Assembly (NCBI RefSeq): GCF_006345805.1
Contig: NC_043023.1
Span: 6,324,001-6,388,000, forward strand
Reading direction: 5' to 3'
DNA length: 64,000 nucleotides
DNA from: Octopus sinensis
Lineage: Eukaryota
Below, in pieces: positions 61,518 through 64,000 of the stretch. Under the pieces are notes generated by a model that saw only the letters and a program-made list of their open reading frames with translations, did not search any database and was not told the DNA's origin. Position 1 is the stretch's first letter. Each line of letters opens with the position of its first letter. Made by a program: the position numbers and the translations under genes.

Positions 61518-61913
61518 TCTTTATATATAAAAGTCAAGTTGTGTGTCTGTCTCCTACGATTTAAATTCCTAACTACTCCCACATTTTGCGGTGCAGTTTA
61601 ACCAAAACCGGGTATCTTATAGTCGTGATTCATATCGAGCCCTTCTGGGTATTAGCGCGCGTCTACGATGAGTCTACGATTTAAAAGAAATTTACCATCA
61701 TTTTGTTCCATTTTAATACATTCTTCGCTATTATATAAGGGAAGTAACTCTCTAAAAATGTCTACGATGAGTCAACGGTTTAAAAAAAAATTTACCATAA
61801 TATTTTTTCCATTTTTAATGCATTTTTTTGCTATTTTTTGGCTATAACTCTCTAAAAATGCTTATATAGTTGTTTCCCTTACAAACCCGAGCAACGCCGG
61901 GCGATACTGCTAG
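61518..61913 (+). mobile_element. Non-autonomous Helitron
   Basis: A|TCTTTATATAT start; hairpin cccgagcaacgccggg; CTAG|T end; internal duplication. Confidence 0.82.
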
Positions 61914-62057
61914 TAAGATATATAAAGATATTGTAGTTGCAGTTCCAGGAAAATGGTGTATAGAAGTGGTAAAGAGGTTTCCTGTACATGGTGTGTAGGT
62001 TCGAATAGCAGTTCGTATTGAGTCATTTCAAAGCCTGGAGATGTGGAATCAGGGATC

Positions 62058-62214
62058 TCGACGACGACGACGACAACGACGATGATGATGATGCTGGTGG
62101 TGGTGTTAGGGATGATGATGATGATGAGGAGGAGGAGGATAGTGATGATGATGATGATGATGATGACGACGACGACGATGACGATGACGGTGATGATGAT
62201 GATGATGGTGATGG

Positions 62215-62250
<36 letters not shown>

Positions 62251-62298
62251 CGACGACGACGATGACGATGACGGTGATGATGATGATGATGGTGATGG

Positions 62299-62331
<33 letters not shown>

Positions 62332-62471
62332 CGACGACGATGACGATGATGGTGATGATGATGATGATGGTTATGGTGATGATGATGATGATGATGATGA
62401 TGATGACGACGACGACGATGACGATGACGGTGATGATGATGATGATGGTTATGGTGATGGTGATGATGTTA

Positions 62472-62502
<31 letters not shown>

Positions 62503-62547
62503 CGACGACGATGACGATGACGGTGATGATGATGGTTATGGTGATGG

Positions 62548-62591
<44 letters not shown>

Positions 62592-62594
62592 ATG

Positions 62595-62626
<32 letters not shown>

Positions 62627-62735
62627 GATGATGATGACGATGATGACGACGACGACGACGCCGATGACGACGATGATGTCAATGACGGGGATGATGATGA
62701 TGATGATGAGGAGGAGGAGGAGGAGGAGGAGGCGG
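62058..62735. repeat. (GAT/GAC/GGT)n array with ~80-bp higher-order repeats
   Basis: Direct inspection. It yields the poly-Asp ORF 62018-62743. Confidence 0.92.
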
Positions 62736-63087
62736 ATATATAGGTTTTACAATACAAACAGAGTAATTGGAGATCAAAACAAGAATTTATATATTTTCTG
62801 TTTATTTCATATTTTCATTTTCATTTTGCTGATAAAAAAATATAATATAACAAAACATAAGGCATGTGTGTGTTTGTGTGTGTATGTGTGTATGTGTGTG
62901 TGTGTGTGTTACAATGGTTGAATGTTTCCAATAAATTTCACGAATATTTCAAAAAATTTAATTGTGCTCAACATTTGTTTCAGCAGAGTGAAAACATCAT
63001 CATTTACATAATTATAAAACGAACACACATAATTAATTAATTTAGAAGTGAAGAGTTCTTCAGGAGAAAGAAAACAACAAATGAGTT

Positions 63088-63142
<55 letters not shown>

Positions 63143-63274
63143 ATATACATACATACAGACACACACACACAAGTTATGGGGACTTAAACACACCAACATC
63201 ACTTGTCAGACACACAACTACATACATACATACATACATACATACATACATACATACATACATACATACATACA

Positions 63275-63331
<57 letters not shown>

Positions 63332-63332
<1 letters not shown>

Positions 63333-63759
63333 ATTTTCAGAATGAGATAAAAATCATCCAAGGGTGTAAAAGATTTCAGAACAGTTATAAAGAGACGGTC
63401 TTACAGCTGTTTCCGGGATATTTTATATATCCCCTCATCGGAGACGGTGTTAGAGAATGGTTAAGCAATAGTTATTCTAGATAAGATATGAAATAGAGAG
63501 TGAAGTGGAGAGATGAAATAGATGTGAGATATGTAGGGATATTGGATCTGTAGATCCATTATTTTGGCTGAATGGTATACATAAACTATCCCTGCACTCT
63601 CTATATCATATATCTAAATTAAATATTGCTTAACCATCTTCTCACACCGTCTCCGATGAAGGGATATAATAAATATCCTTGAAACAGCTGTAAGACCTTC
63701 TATTTATATATGTTCTGATATCTTTCACAGCCTTCAATTTTTATCTCATTCTGAAAATT
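63332..63759. mobile_element. Palindromic element with ~150-bp inverted arms carrying minimal hammerhead-like motifs (63398-63445 minus, 63649-63696 plus); lone degenerate arm at ~61400-61455
   Basis: GTCT-CCGATGA-AGGGATA..TATCCTT-GAAAC AGCT GTA-AGAC. The 61400 copy has the canonical CTGATGA. Confidence 0.75.
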
Positions 63760-63911
63760 TTTTTATATATACACATGCTGATATATGACCTAAGTTGGGC
63801 TCCTCATTCGCATAATCACTAAACCTAGAGCTTAACTATGGTCTGCCCATAGCATTTACTCAGCATTACCTGACACCTTTCGGTCTTATTGACACCATTA
63901 CCTCTCATAAC

Positions 63912-63960
<49 letters not shown>

Positions 63961-64000
63961 ATAGAAATATTAAAATTACTAAGTCTCTCTAAAAGAGAAC

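Noticed and set aside
62018-62743. 241-aa poly-Asp ORF resembling acidic biomineralisation proteins
   Set aside because: It starts at a non-ATG codon, has no signal peptide, and all frames are explained by a GAT/GAC microsatellite.

Overview
Eukaryotic, repeat-dominated window. The tRNA-derived SINE families and microsatellite style suggest an Octopus genome; this is inference from recall, not checked. Bases 1 to ~44,000 are an almost solid nest of transposable-element fragments: several Tx1/L1-clade LINEs, an ORF1-only derivative, Gypsy gag/RT pieces, RTE, an R2 element, Penelope (GIY-YIG), piggyBac, mariner and SINEs. By my manual count about 27 of 30 orientable fragments lie on the minus strand. 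Within this block are a nested tandem-duplication cascade (8.6-18.75 kb) and a ~4.3 kb R2 element carrying short 28S rDNA target pieces on both sides but lying outside any rDNA unit. Bases ~44,000-64,000 are microsatellite-rich, hold TEs in mixed orientation, and contain the only host-gene evidence I could support: two minus-strand exons that splice in frame into a CD225/dispanin-like membrane protein. Several inverted-repeat elements carry type I hammerhead ribozyme motifs typical of Penelope terminal repeats. All calls come from reading motifs by eye. No alignment or database search was run, and coordinates without a stated TSD/TIR are approximate.
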